The notes below the pieces were generated by a model. It was not told where the DNA came from. It saw only the letters and a list, made by a program, of their open reading frames with translations, and ran no database searches. Positions 18,232 through 27,615 of a stretch of 45,828 bases of DNA are shown piece after piece; within the stretch, counting starts at the first letter, position 1, and every line of letters starts with the position of its first letter. Location of the stretch: contig CAIZLB010000025.1 of NCBI GenBank assembly GCA_903933735.1, positions 1-45,828 of the forward strand, read 5' to 3'. Both the position numbers and the translations under genes were made by a program. Origin of the DNA: an uncultured bacterium (GTDB lineage Bacteria > Patescibacteriota > Minisyncoccia > Phycocordibacterales > CAIZLB01).

Positions 18232-18352
18232 GGATCGATTCGTTCGTTTCACTCATTTCGATCGTGACGTCCTCGGATAAATTCTCTAGGAGAATTTATC
18301 CTGCGGATGATCTTATTCGTTCAACTCACTGAAAAACAAAACGAATCCATCC
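18232..18352. repeat. REP/MITE-like long imperfect palindrome
   Basis: Core GGATAAATTCTC-TAG-GAGAATTTATCC flanked by CCTCG/CTGCGG; outer arms GGAT.GATTCGTT / AACGAATC.ATCC. Confidence 0.6.
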
Positions 18353-18359
18353 CTATTAA

Positions 18360-18476
18360 AGCCCTCAAACTGACTGAACCTAGTTAAAAACTAGGTGGGT
18401 GCCCTAAAATCTAAACCAAAGTTTATCTTTACGCGGGCTCCCTGAATCGTATATCTAAGTCAGTCGTTTGAGGACT
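18360..18476 (-). ncRNA. ssrS: 6S RNA-like, compact (about 117 nt)
   Basis: TGT-TATAAT promoter; closing stem CCTCAAAC.ACTGAC / TCAGTCA.GTTTGAGG; GGGAGCCCGC and GGGCACCCACCT...GGTTCA blocks matching Firmicutes-type 6S RNA as I recall it. Confidence 0.75.
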
Positions 18477-18509
18477 ATTTAATTATAACAAATATAATCT
18501 TTAAAAGAA

Positions 18510-21500
18510 CTAGACAGTTTTTCTTTTTATATTGTACACTTCAGCTTCATCTGACCCTGATTCATAATGACTTTCTATCTCTGTTTGAAGATCTACAATA
18601 TCTTGATGCTTTTTACTTCCAACAAATCCAGTACCTGCTGGTATCAATCTTCCGATCAAAGTATTTTCCATAATACCATATAGTGGGTCATGCTGACCTT
18701 TTAGAGATGCATTAACCAATATACGGTTTGTATTCTGGAAAGATGCAGCTGTTAGGAATGATTGTCTGTTTAGGGAACCTTCCATGGTACCCATGATTGC
18801 TGTTTTACCTTTAGCTGGCATGATATTCTTTTCAGCCGCCATTTTGTTTGTTCTAATAAATTCAAATGTTTCAACAACATCTCCTTCTGAAAATTCTGTA
18901 TCTCCTTTGGCTGTTATAATTATTCTATTGAACATCTCACGTACAACGATCTCTATATGTTTACGTGCCAAGTTATCTCCCTGTAACTCATAGATCTTTT
19001 TAACTTCACCGATGATATAAGCTTGAGCAACATCACGTCCAGCGTATTCATATATCTCATTCACATCAGCTGATCCATCAGTCATTATCTGACCTTTATG
19101 TACATGTTGTCCAACTTTAACCTGTACTATACGCATAGGGTGTACAGAAAACTCTAACTCACTACCAGTTTTTTTAGAAGCCTTAAGTGGCACATCTGGT
19201 AATATTCTTATTATTTTCTCATTGTTCTTTTCTATAACTGCCATAACTACTCCATCATGAGATGCTATAGCTGCAGGATTTTTAGGTGTTCTATTTTCAA
19301 ACAATCCCTCAACACGAGGAAGACCAGCTGTAATATCTCCACCAACTTGGGCCACACCTCCGGCGTGGAATGTACGCATAGTAAGCTGTGTACCCGGCTC
19401 ACCGATCGCTTGAGCAGCAACAGTTCCGACTGATTCACCGATATCTATAAGTTCACCAGTTGATAAGTCCGCACCATAACAGTGGGCACAAACACCTCTA
19501 TCTGTTTTACATGTGAGTGGTGATCTTACTTGAACTGATTCTATATCCAGCTTCTCTATAGTTTTTGAATCATTTCTATTTATAAGATGACCTTTTTTAA
19601 ATACAATTTCCCCATTAGCATCAACTATATCAGAAGCTAATATTCTACCGAATATATTTTTACTGAAGTTAGCCTCTATACCTGAAGCAGTTTTTTTAGT
19701 TGCGATAATAGAGTCATGAGTACCACAATCTCCTTCTGTGATGATAACACTTTGTGCTAAGATGAATAATTTTCTAGTCAAATAACCAGCTTTGGCAGTG
19801 TTCAAGGCTGTATCTGTCATACCCTTACGTGCACCGTGAGTAGAGATAAAATACTCTATAGGTGTCAAACCTTCCTTGAATGATGATTTAATAGGTAATT
19901 CTATTGTTGTACCTTGAGCAGTAGCAATAAGACCTTTTATACCAACCATCTGATTAATGTTACCGATAGATCCACGAGCTCCTGAAAGAACCATGTCATT
20001 AACAGGACCTTCTGAAGGAAGTGTTGCGGGAATCATTTTCTCTATTTGACTTTGTACAGCTTGCCATAGACGAACTATCTTAACATGCTTTTCAACATCA
20101 GATAATAAACCAAGATTATAAGCTTCATATATTTGATCAGCACTTTTCTGAGCATCATCTAAAGCTTTGTATTTATCTTCTGGTATTTGTATATCTGAAA
20201 TACTCCAAGTAATACCTGAAAGAGTCGCAAAAGAGAATCCAAACTTTTTGATTGAGTCAATTATTGGGGCCACATTATTTCTTCCTTCTTTTATAATCAA
20301 TTCATCAATAATACCATTCATAACATTTTTATTTATTTCACGGTTTATGAAATCCATGTTTTCTGGTAATAATTGATTGAACAATATACGTCCAACTGTA
20401 GTTTCAAATAATTGTCCTTTGTATTCAGCATATTTATCTTCGTCTGGTGCGAGAACTTTTATAGGAGCTCTGTATGATATAACTTTATTGTTTAAAGCTA
20501 TGATAGCAGCCTCTGGTGATTCAAAATATTTATCAGTACCGATCTCACTGGACACCATCTTAGTTACCCAGAAAGCACCAACAACTATATCAAGCATCTT
20601 ATTTGTAATAGTTGCATCTCCTGATCCTGGTTTCAAGATGTTCTTATCAGAAGCCATGATGTTATGAGCTTCGTATTGAGCTTCTTCAGAAAGCGGAACA
20701 TGAACTGACATAGTATCCCCATCGAAGTCGGCGTTAAACGGACTACATACTAGTGGATGAAGTTGTATAGCATTTCCTTCTATAAGCACAGGTTGAAAAG
20801 CTTGTACCGAAAGTCTGTGAAGTGTTGGAGCACGGTTCAAGAGAACATATTTATCTTTAATAATATCTTCTAGTATTGACCATACTTCTTCATCACGATC
20901 TTCAATCATACGGTTTGCACCTTTTATACTGAAAGCTAATTCTTTACTTAGTATTTGAGAAATCACAAATGGTTTAAACAATTCCAAAGCCATATGTTTT
21001 GGAAGACCACATTGATTAAGTTTTAGATCAGGTCCCACAACGATAACCGAACGTCCTGAATAGTCCACGCGTTTACCCAATAGGTTTTGACGGAAAATAC
21101 CTCTTTTACCTTTTAGGTTATCAGCTATAGATTTTAATGATCTCTTTTGTCCTGGATTTATTCCTGAAAATGCTGGACCATTACCTTTCATAGAGTTATC
21201 AAGCAAGGCATCAACAGCTTCTTGCAAGATTCTTTTTTCGTTTCTTAAAATAACATCTGGAGCCTTTATATCATAAAGTTTTTTCAAACGATTATTTCTG
21301 TTTATAACTCTTCTATAAAGATCATTGATATCAGATGTAGCTTGACGACCTCCATCAAGTGCTACCATAGGACGAAGTGCAGCAGGTATAACAGGTAAGG
21401 CTTTGATAAATGTCCACTCAGGTCTAACACCTGATTTCTTCATAGCATTTATAAAACCTAATCTTCTGATGATTTTCTCTCTTTCAACTGAAGTAGCTTT

Positions 21501-22238
21501 TTCAAGATCTGTGTTCAACTTTTTGAACAAATCATTTATATTCAAACCCTTAAGTATGTTATAGATAACTTCACCTCCGATACCAGCTTCAAAAGCTGAA
21601 CCGAATTTGTATGAGAATTTATGATATTGATTTTCATCCAAAACTTTACCAACGTTTATCATGTCTATATCAGCTTTAGTTGTAGCCATAAGATCACGAA
21701 GAGCATCTTTAGTTTTTTCATCAACAATATTTTTTATTTTTGATTTAAATTCATCATCAAGCTCTTTGTGTAATCTTATTTTTTCTTTTTCATCTATCTT
21801 AGTTATAAGATAACCTGCAAAGTATATAACTTTTTCAACTTCACCTGCTGGCATACCAAGTATTGTTGCTATCCTTGATGGCATGTTTTTTAGATACCAT
21901 ATATGAGATACAGGAACACAAAGTTCTATATGACCCATACGCTCACGTCTAACTATTGATTTTGTGATCTCAACTCCACATTTTTCACAAACAATACCTT
22001 TATATCTTATACCTTTATATTTTCCACAATAACATTCATAATCTTTTTCTGGACCAAATATTTTCTCACAGAAAAGACCATCTCTTTCACTACGAGCTGT
22101 TCTATAGTTTAGAGTTTCTGGTTTTTTAACCTCACCTCTTGACCATTGTCTTATCTTTTCAGGTGATGCAAGTTTTATAGAAACTGAATCGATGTCATCA
22201 ACTGAAGATTTTGTTCTTGTTTTTCTTTCTTTTAACAT
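18510..22238 (-). CDS. rpoC: DNA-directed RNA polymerase beta' subunit
   Basis: CYCGKYK zinc finger, GKRVDYSGR, NRAPTLHR, NADFDGD, GEPGTQLTMRTFH. Confidence 0.99.
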   Translation of the reverse strand: MLKERKTRTKSSVDDIDSVSIKLASPEKIRQWSRGEVKKPETLNYRTARSERDGLFCEKIFGPEKDYECYCGKYKGIRYKGIVCEKCGVEITKSIVRRERMGHIELCVPVSHIWYLKNMPSRIATILGMPAGEVEKVIYFAGYLITKIDEKEKIRLHKELDDEFKSKIKNIVDEKTKDALRDLMATTKADIDMINVGKVLDENQYHKFSYKFGSAFEAGIGGEVIYNILKGLNINDLFKKLNTDLEKATSVEREKIIRRLGFINAMKKSGVRPEWTFIKALPVIPAALRPMVALDGGRQATSDINDLYRRVINRNNRLKKLYDIKAPDVILRNEKRILQEAVDALLDNSMKGNGPAFSGINPGQKRSLKSIADNLKGKRGIFRQNLLGKRVDYSGRSVIVVGPDLKLNQCGLPKHMALELFKPFVISQILSKELAFSIKGANRMIEDRDEEVWSILEDIIKDKYVLLNRAPTLHRLSVQAFQPVLIEGNAIQLHPLVCSPFNADFDGDTMSVHVPLSEEAQYEAHNIMASDKNILKPGSGDATITNKMLDIVVGAFWVTKMVSSEIGTDKYFESPEAAIIALNNKVISYRAPIKVLAPDEDKYAEYKGQLFETTVGRILFNQLLPENMDFINREINKNVMNGIIDELIIKEGRNNVAPIIDSIKKFGFSFATLSGITWSISDIQIPEDKYKALDDAQKSADQIYEAYNLGLLSDVEKHVKIVRLWQAVQSQIEKMIPATLPSEGPVNDMVLSGARGSIGNINQMVGIKGLIATAQGTTIELPIKSSFKEGLTPIEYFISTHGARKGMTDTALNTAKAGYLTRKLFILAQSVIITEGDCGTHDSIIATKKTASGIEANFSKNIFGRILASDIVDANGEIVFKKGHLINRNDSKTIEKLDIESVQVRSPLTCKTDRGVCAHCYGADLSTGELIDIGESVGTVAAQAIGEPGTQLTMRTFHAGGVAQVGGDITAGLPRVEGLFENRTPKNPAAIASHDGVVMAVIEKNNEKIIRILPDVPLKASKKTGSELEFSVHPMRIVQVKVGQHVHKGQIMTDGSADVNEIYEYAGRDVAQAYIIGEVKKIYELQGDNLARKHIEIVVREMFNRIIITAKGDTEFSEGDVVETFEFIRTNKMAAEKNIMPAKGKTAIMGTMEGSLNRQSFLTAASFQNTNRILVNASLKGQHDPLYGIMENTLIGRLIPAGTGFVGSKKHQDIVDLQTEIESHYESGSDEAEVYNIKRKTV

Positions 22239-22289
22239 ATTGTTTAATTTTTATTTTAATTAGATTATTTTTTTTGATTTAAATAAATT

Positions 22290-25200
22290 TTATTCTTCAG
22301 TTACCACACCTTCTTCTATTTCTGTTAAACCTTCTTCATCATCCATATCTAATCCATATTCTTCATCCATCTGATCTCTGTTCTCTTGATGATCTCCGAC
22401 GTGTCCTACGTCAAGACCTATGTCAAGTTCTTTACCGTCATCATTGTCAAAACCAACATCTATACAAAGACCACGTAGGTTTGATAACAATACATTGAAA
22501 GAAGCTGGTGTATTTGGATCCAATATCCTCTCACCTTTCACGATAGCATCATATGTTGCTGATCTACCCAATATATCATCTGATTTTATAGTTAACATCT
22601 CACGTAATGTGTAAGATGCACCGTAACCTGCAAGAGCCCAGACTTCCATTTCTCCAAATCTTTGACCTCCTCCTTGAGCTTTACCCCCAAGTGGTTGTTG
22701 TGTGATAAGTGAATATGGTCCTGTAGCACGAGCATGTATCTTATCCTCAACCATGTGGTGAAGTTTCAACATATACATATAACCTACAGCAACATCTTGT
22801 TCAAACACATCTCCTGTTCTACCATCGAACAATTTCATCTTTCCTGATCTATTGTATCCAGCTGTTTCTAACTCATCTTGTACTTCCTCTGGTGTTGGTC
22901 CCATAAAAGCTGGAACTATAGCCTGATATCCAAGCTTTGCTGCAGCAAGACCTAAGTGTAATTCTAATATCTGTCCCAAGTTCATACGTGATGGAACACC
23001 GAGTGGTGTAAGTATCATATCAACTGGAGTACCGTCAGCCATATATGGCATATCTTCAACTGGAGCTATCTTTGAAATAACACCTTTGTTTCCGTGACGT
23101 CCCGCAAGTTTGTCTCCAACTGAGATATTTCTAAGCAAGGCAACTTCAACATATATTCTTTTTAGAATACCTGACTCTAATTTATCACCTCTTTCTCTTG
23201 AGAATATTTTTATACCTATAACACGACCTCTTTTACCGTTCTCAAGTCTCTTTGAAGTATCTTTAACATCACGAGCTCTATCACCGAAAATAGATCTAAG
23301 CAATCTCTCTTCAGGTGTAAGTTGTGTTTCTGTTTTTGGAGTAATCTTTCCGACTAATATATCTCCAGGTCTAACTTCAGCACCGATACGGATAATACCT
23401 TCAGCATCGAGATCTTTAAGTTTAGCTTCTGATACGTTTGGAATATCATGTGTTGTGACCTCGGGACCAATCTTTGTATCACGAACATTGATAACAAATT
23501 CTTCTATATGTATAGATGTGAATTTTGATTTTTTAACTAAGTTCTCTGAGATAATGATAGCATCTTCATAGTTTGATCCACTCCATGTTAAGAATGCAAT
23601 CAATATATTTTGACCGATAGCAATTTGACCATCAACAGATGTTGAAGTGTCAGCCAATACATCTCCTCTTTTTACTTTTTGTCCAAGTGAAACTGTTGGT
23701 CTTTGATGAAATACTGTAAATTGATTTGTTTTATTGAAAACAGCCAATCTGAAAGTTGTTTCTCTTTTACCTTTTAGAGTTATAGATGAAGCATCTACTT
23801 TTACAATCTCACCATCTTCAGGAGCGATAATTACACGACCTGTATCTCTTGCAGCTGTTTCTTCTATACCAGTTGCAACATATGGAGCCTCTGGAACTAT
23901 ACAAGGTGTAGCTTGTTTCTGCATACCAGATCCCATGAGTGATCTATTGGCATCGTTATGATTCACAAAAGGAATCATAGAAGTTGCTATAGAAAATGGT
24001 TGACCTGATGCAATATCGATAAGATCTACGTCATTTTTCTCTACTATTATAGGGTCACCTTTTAAACGAACTTCTAGCATCTCATCAGCGATCTGACCGT
24101 CTTTATCATAGTTGATGGCAGCATGAGCGATCTTAAAACCTTCCTCTTGCAAAGCATCTAAATAAACTACTTCTTTTGTAATCTTTCCTTTTACAACTTT
24201 CGCATATGGTGTTTCGATCATTCCGAAGTTATTGATTCTGGCATAAGCAGCTAAGTGAAGTACAAGACCGATGTTTGCACCTTCTGGTGTATGTATTGGA
24301 CAAACACGACCATAATGAGATGAATGAACATCACGAACTTCAACTCCGGCACGATCTGATGAAAGACCTCCTTGTCCTAGAGCTGTCAATATTCTGAGAT
24401 GCTCTAATTCTGACAAGATATTTTCTTGGTTCATGAATTGTGACAACGGGTTTGTTGAGAAATATTCTTTGATTCTAGCCTGTAGTGGACGAGGTGATAT
24501 AAGTTGCATAGGCTGACTTACATCTGACTCTATAGTCGACATTCTGTTTTGAACATTTTTCTTTATCTGTAAAAGCCCAAGTCTTACTTTTGTTTGTAAT
24601 TGCTCACCAACAAATCTAACACGTCTTGAACCTAAATGATCAACATCGTCAGCTTCTGACTCTGGGATGTTTGTCATATTACAGATGTTTGAAATAAGAG
24701 TTACAAAGTCATCAAGGTTTAAAGTATTTCTTGATAATTCTTTTTCTTCCATACTTTTTCCAAAACGACTGTTAAAACGAAAACGTCCAACGCGAGAGAA
24801 ATCATATCTTTCTGCCTTAAACATGTTTTGTACAAAATCTTTAGCGTTTTGTGCTGTAGCTAACTCGCCATCACGCATCTTTTTGTATATCTCTATATAT
24901 GCCTCATCAGCTGTTTTCGTATGATCTTTAGCTATGGTATGTTCTATATATGCTTTTATATTAGCATCGTCCCCAAACAATGCTTTTATATCAGAATCAG
25001 TCTCAGCACCAAGAGCACGTAAAAGTGTTGTTGCTGGGAATTTTCTCTTTTTATCAATCTTAACATATACACAGTTGTCAGTATCCGTATCTAATTCTAT
25101 CCATGAACCACGAGCTGGTATAATCTTTGCTCCTATATAGTTCTTTCCTTTATGTTCATTGGATGTGAAAAATGCACCAAAACTACGAGCTAGCTGTGGC

Positions 25201-25580
25201 ACTATACATCTTTCTATACCGTTTATAATAAAAGTTCCATGCTCTGTCATCATCGGAACATCAGACATAAATATCTCTTGTTCTTTTTCTGTACCAGTAA
25301 TATGGTTTATAAGTTTAATTGTGGCTTTAATAGTAGCCTCATAGTTTACCTTGTTCTCCTTTGCATAAAATTCATCGTATTTTGGACGATCGAGTCTTAT
25401 ACCTTCGAACCTGAATTCGAATTTTTTCTCTGTATAGTCTTTCGTTGTCGAAAACTCATGAAAGACTTCGTTTATTCCTTTCTCTAGAAACCATTTATAA
25501 GAATTAATCTGACCCTCTACCAAGTTTGGTAATGGGACTAATGATTCACGAAAACGTGAAAAATGTTTCTTTTTTAACAT
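22290..25580 (-). CDS. rpoB: DNA-directed RNA polymerase beta subunit
   Basis: GTFIING.ER, TPEG.NIGL, GDKLAGRHGNKG, GGQRFGEME. Confidence 0.99.
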   Translation of the reverse strand: MLKKKHFSRFRESLVPLPNLVEGQINSYKWFLEKGINEVFHEFSTTKDYTEKKFEFRFEGIRLDRPKYDEFYAKENKVNYEATIKATIKLINHITGTEKEQEIFMSDVPMMTEHGTFIINGIERCIVPQLARSFGAFFTSNEHKGKNYIGAKIIPARGSWIELDTDTDNCVYVKIDKKRKFPATTLLRALGAETDSDIKALFGDDANIKAYIEHTIAKDHTKTADEAYIEIYKKMRDGELATAQNAKDFVQNMFKAERYDFSRVGRFRFNSRFGKSMEEKELSRNTLNLDDFVTLISNICNMTNIPESEADDVDHLGSRRVRFVGEQLQTKVRLGLLQIKKNVQNRMSTIESDVSQPMQLISPRPLQARIKEYFSTNPLSQFMNQENILSELEHLRILTALGQGGLSSDRAGVEVRDVHSSHYGRVCPIHTPEGANIGLVLHLAAYARINNFGMIETPYAKVVKGKITKEVVYLDALQEEGFKIAHAAINYDKDGQIADEMLEVRLKGDPIIVEKNDVDLIDIASGQPFSIATSMIPFVNHNDANRSLMGSGMQKQATPCIVPEAPYVATGIEETAARDTGRVIIAPEDGEIVKVDASSITLKGKRETTFRLAVFNKTNQFTVFHQRPTVSLGQKVKRGDVLADTSTSVDGQIAIGQNILIAFLTWSGSNYEDAIIISENLVKKSKFTSIHIEEFVINVRDTKIGPEVTTHDIPNVSEAKLKDLDAEGIIRIGAEVRPGDILVGKITPKTETQLTPEERLLRSIFGDRARDVKDTSKRLENGKRGRVIGIKIFSRERGDKLESGILKRIYVEVALLRNISVGDKLAGRHGNKGVISKIAPVEDMPYMADGTPVDMILTPLGVPSRMNLGQILELHLGLAAAKLGYQAIVPAFMGPTPEEVQDELETAGYNRSGKMKLFDGRTGDVFEQDVAVGYMYMLKLHHMVEDKIHARATGPYSLITQQPLGGKAQGGGQRFGEMEVWALAGYGASYTLREMLTIKSDDILGRSATYDAIVKGERILDPNTPASFNVLLSNLRGLCIDVGFDNDDGKELDIGLDVGHVGDHQENRDQMDEEYGLDMDDEEGLTEIEEGVVTEE

Positions 25581-25662
25581 GTTTATTTGTTGTATTTAAA
25601 AAATTAGAGGATAAAAGAAGCGAAAAAGTCTAGGGTTACTCAATCGGTTTTACGCTAGGGGT

Positions 25663-25691
25663 AGCATATCATAAATTCTCTTGATGTGCAA
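25663..25691 (-). promoter_or_regulatory. sigma70 promoter of rpoBC
   Basis: TTGCAC-17-TATGCT with extended TG. Confidence 0.6.
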
Positions 25692-25859
25692 GGTTGATTT
25701 TTGGTTGCGGGGGTGGTTGGTGATGTGGGGGGGGTATTGGTGGTGCGGGTTAGGAGAGGTGGATCAGGTGTATTACAATTATTTGACGGTTATATATTAA
25801 TATGTTACCATATTAGTACAGGTCTGATAGTGAAATCAGACCAAGCAACTACAAAAATC

Positions 25860-26477
25860 ATGACAAAAACACAAGCTATTGGGTGGCTAAAAAATAATGC
25901 CCACGAAGGGCGTGACGGGTTTAGAGACGTTTATACACTCACCCGCACTGATGACGATGTCGCAATGGCGGTCGCCGAGTGGCGTTGTTCACAAGGTAAC
26001 ATCTACCGAGTGCAGGAAGTTCTGTACCGGTTTGACAAATCAACGGTAAAAGAAGTATCGGTTCGAGCCGCAAAGACATTGCTCGATTTACTGCGCGAAG
26101 GACGGATTGAATACGTTGTCAACAATCACGGGGTCGATGAACTCATATCCGAAACGGATAAGGTTCACTCCCGCGGTAACACACAATTAAACTCCCGTCC
26201 CGAAATGGTTATCGAAACACTGACGAATGCTGGTATTGAAATATCCACAGATGACTATCGCCTCTTGGCGGTCGCTGCTGAACGTCAGTACTTTGCTGAC
26301 CTGAACAGTGCGGAATCTGGAATCAATTGTGACGAAGAGTTTCGCCTACAAGAAGTCGCTGAGGTTAACCGTCTTCGTAAATTGGCCGGTATGGAGCCTA
26401 CAACATTGCTCTCTCGGGCGACATATAGTTCCCGTAATCCCCGTGACAGAGGCAGATCAGGAGGAGGATTTGGCTAA
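25860..26477 (+). CDS. Hypothetical protein (GC-richer orphan)
   Basis: Start revised to MTKTQA; TTGACG-17-TACCAT promoter, leader hairpin GGTCTGAT/ATCAGACC (25821-25842), terminator 26502-26541. Confidence 0.7.
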   Translation: MTKTQAIGWLKNNAHEGRDGFRDVYTLTRTDDDVAMAVAEWRCSQGNIYRVQEVLYRFDKSTVKEVSVRAAKTLLDLLREGRIEYVVNNHGVDELISETDKVHSRGNTQLNSRPEMVIETLTNAGIEISTDDYRLLAVAAERQYFADLNSAESGINCDEEFRLQEVAEVNRLRKLAGMEPTTLLSRATYSSRNPRDRGRSGGGFG

Positions 26478-26598
26478 AGAAAAACCTCAACACCTGTTAA
26501 CAAACGCACGACCTTCTTTCGAGGAGGTACGGCGTTTTTTTATTTATTTAAAAATGATTTAATTTTGAAAATATATTATTTTAAGTTACTATATCTAT

Positions 26599-27177
26599 AT
26601 GGAAAATACACCTACACCAAGAACACTAACTGGCGAATATGATGAAAATAGAAATAAAGGTATAGAAGTTGATGAAATACGTCAAATAAAAGAACATGTA
26701 GGAGAAGTCTTTATATCAAAAGAAATAAACGTCCCAGAAGAAAAAATAAGATCATATCTTGATGCTGTTGGAGATATAAATCCAATACATTTTAATCCTG
26801 AACGTATAAATGAATCAATCTTTGCAAGAAGATCAGGTGGCAAGATCATAGTGCCAGGAATGTTTGTTCAATCCCTTTGGTCTCACAGAGATGTAATTTA
26901 TAGTGCGTTAAAGATTAAAGAAGATTATGAGGTTATGCTACCTACAATACTAGGCCCTACAGATTTTAAATTTCCTATTTTTGCAGATTCTAATATTGTT
27001 TTCAGATTAGAACTCGAAAAAGCTGAAGATCAACCTATTCAATCAAGATATGGTGTTAAAACAACTTGGAATATAGTGGCTTATAGTGAAATAGGGTCAA
27101 AGATGCATCAGATAATGACGACGAGAGTGGTGTTGAATTATGTTGCACTGAAATCGAATACAGAGTCACCAGAATAG
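26599..27177 (+). CDS. MaoC-like hot-dog fold dehydratase
   Basis: VGDINPIHFN...IIVPGM...FKFPIFAD hydratase-2 motif. Confidence 0.75.
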   Translation: MENTPTPRTLTGEYDENRNKGIEVDEIRQIKEHVGEVFISKEINVPEEKIRSYLDAVGDINPIHFNPERINESIFARRSGGKIIVPGMFVQSLWSHRDVIYSALKIKEDYEVMLPTILGPTDFKFPIFADSNIVFRLELEKAEDQPIQSRYGVKTTWNIVAYSEIGSKMHQIMTTRVVLNYVALKSNTESPE

Positions 27178-27196
27178 GTTGGTTAATAAAAATTAT

Positions 27197-27286
27197 TTAA
27201 CAAAATAATTAAAATAATATATAATAACCACGCACCATGTTAAAGACCTTTATGCAGATACGTCTGCATCGAGGGCTTTTTCTTTT
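27197..27286 (+). ncRNA. Putative sRNA unit 1 (with promoter)
   Basis: TTAACA-17-TATAAT; AGACCTT..ATGCAGA-TACG-TCTGCAT..GAGGGCT + T run. Confidence 0.5.
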
Positions 27287-27304
27287 ATAGAGTTGACATA
27301 CATA

Positions 27305-27390
27305 TTGACAACCTAGAATCTTCGAATATAATTACACATATCAATACGAATTAGGATCCAAAAGGTGCAGGTGCCTTAGGAGCCTTTTTC
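27305..27390 (+). ncRNA. Putative sRNA unit 2 (with promoter)
   Basis: TTGACA-16-TATAAT; imperfect hairpin GGATCC..AAGGTGC/GTGCCTT..GGAGCC + T5. Confidence 0.45.
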
Positions 27391-27396
27391 ATTTAT

Positions 27397-27500
27397 TTGA
27401 CTCCAAATATGGATTTGATATTATAATACACATAGCAAGTCAGACCCCTGAAGGAGATCTATCAGAACGATAGTTCACACGTTCCTCGGGGGCTTTGCTT
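27397..27500 (+). ncRNA. Putative sRNA unit 3 (with promoter)
   Basis: TTGACT-16-TATTAT; TAGCAAGTCAGACCCC...GGGGGCTTTGCT closing stem, inner CTATC/GATAG hairpin. Confidence 0.6.
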
Positions 27501-27510
27501 ATTATAAAAG

Positions 27511-27609
27511 TTGACAACATAAGTCAAAGGATTATAATAGTACTCAGAGTTAGCAAGCACGCGAAAGCCACGACCTAACCAGAAAAAACGAGACACGTCT
27601 CGTTTTTTC
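27511..27609 (+). ncRNA. Putative sRNA unit 4 (with promoter and terminator)
   Basis: TTGACA-16-TATAAT; GTTAG/CTAAC stem enclosing GC-GAAA-GC; inverted repeat GAAAAAACGAGAC/GTCTCGTTTTTTC. Confidence 0.55.
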
Positions 27610-27615
27610 ATTTAT

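Noticed and set aside
18784-25487. Plus-strand ORFs within rpoB/rpoC
   Set aside because: Antisense shadow frames of conserved genes; the same applies to other nested ORFs such as 14085, 29026 and 42530
25701-25859. N-terminal extension of ORF 25701..26477 (similarly 34880, 40088, 44569, 12864)
   Set aside because: Extensions span promoters or low-complexity DNA; downstream ATGs fit the promoter positions
27552-27580. GCAAGCACGCGAAAGCCACGACCTAA resembling part of a c-di-GMP-I riboswitch
   Set aside because: Lacks a full P2 and the 3' half of P3, and there is no downstream ORF; needs an Infernal check
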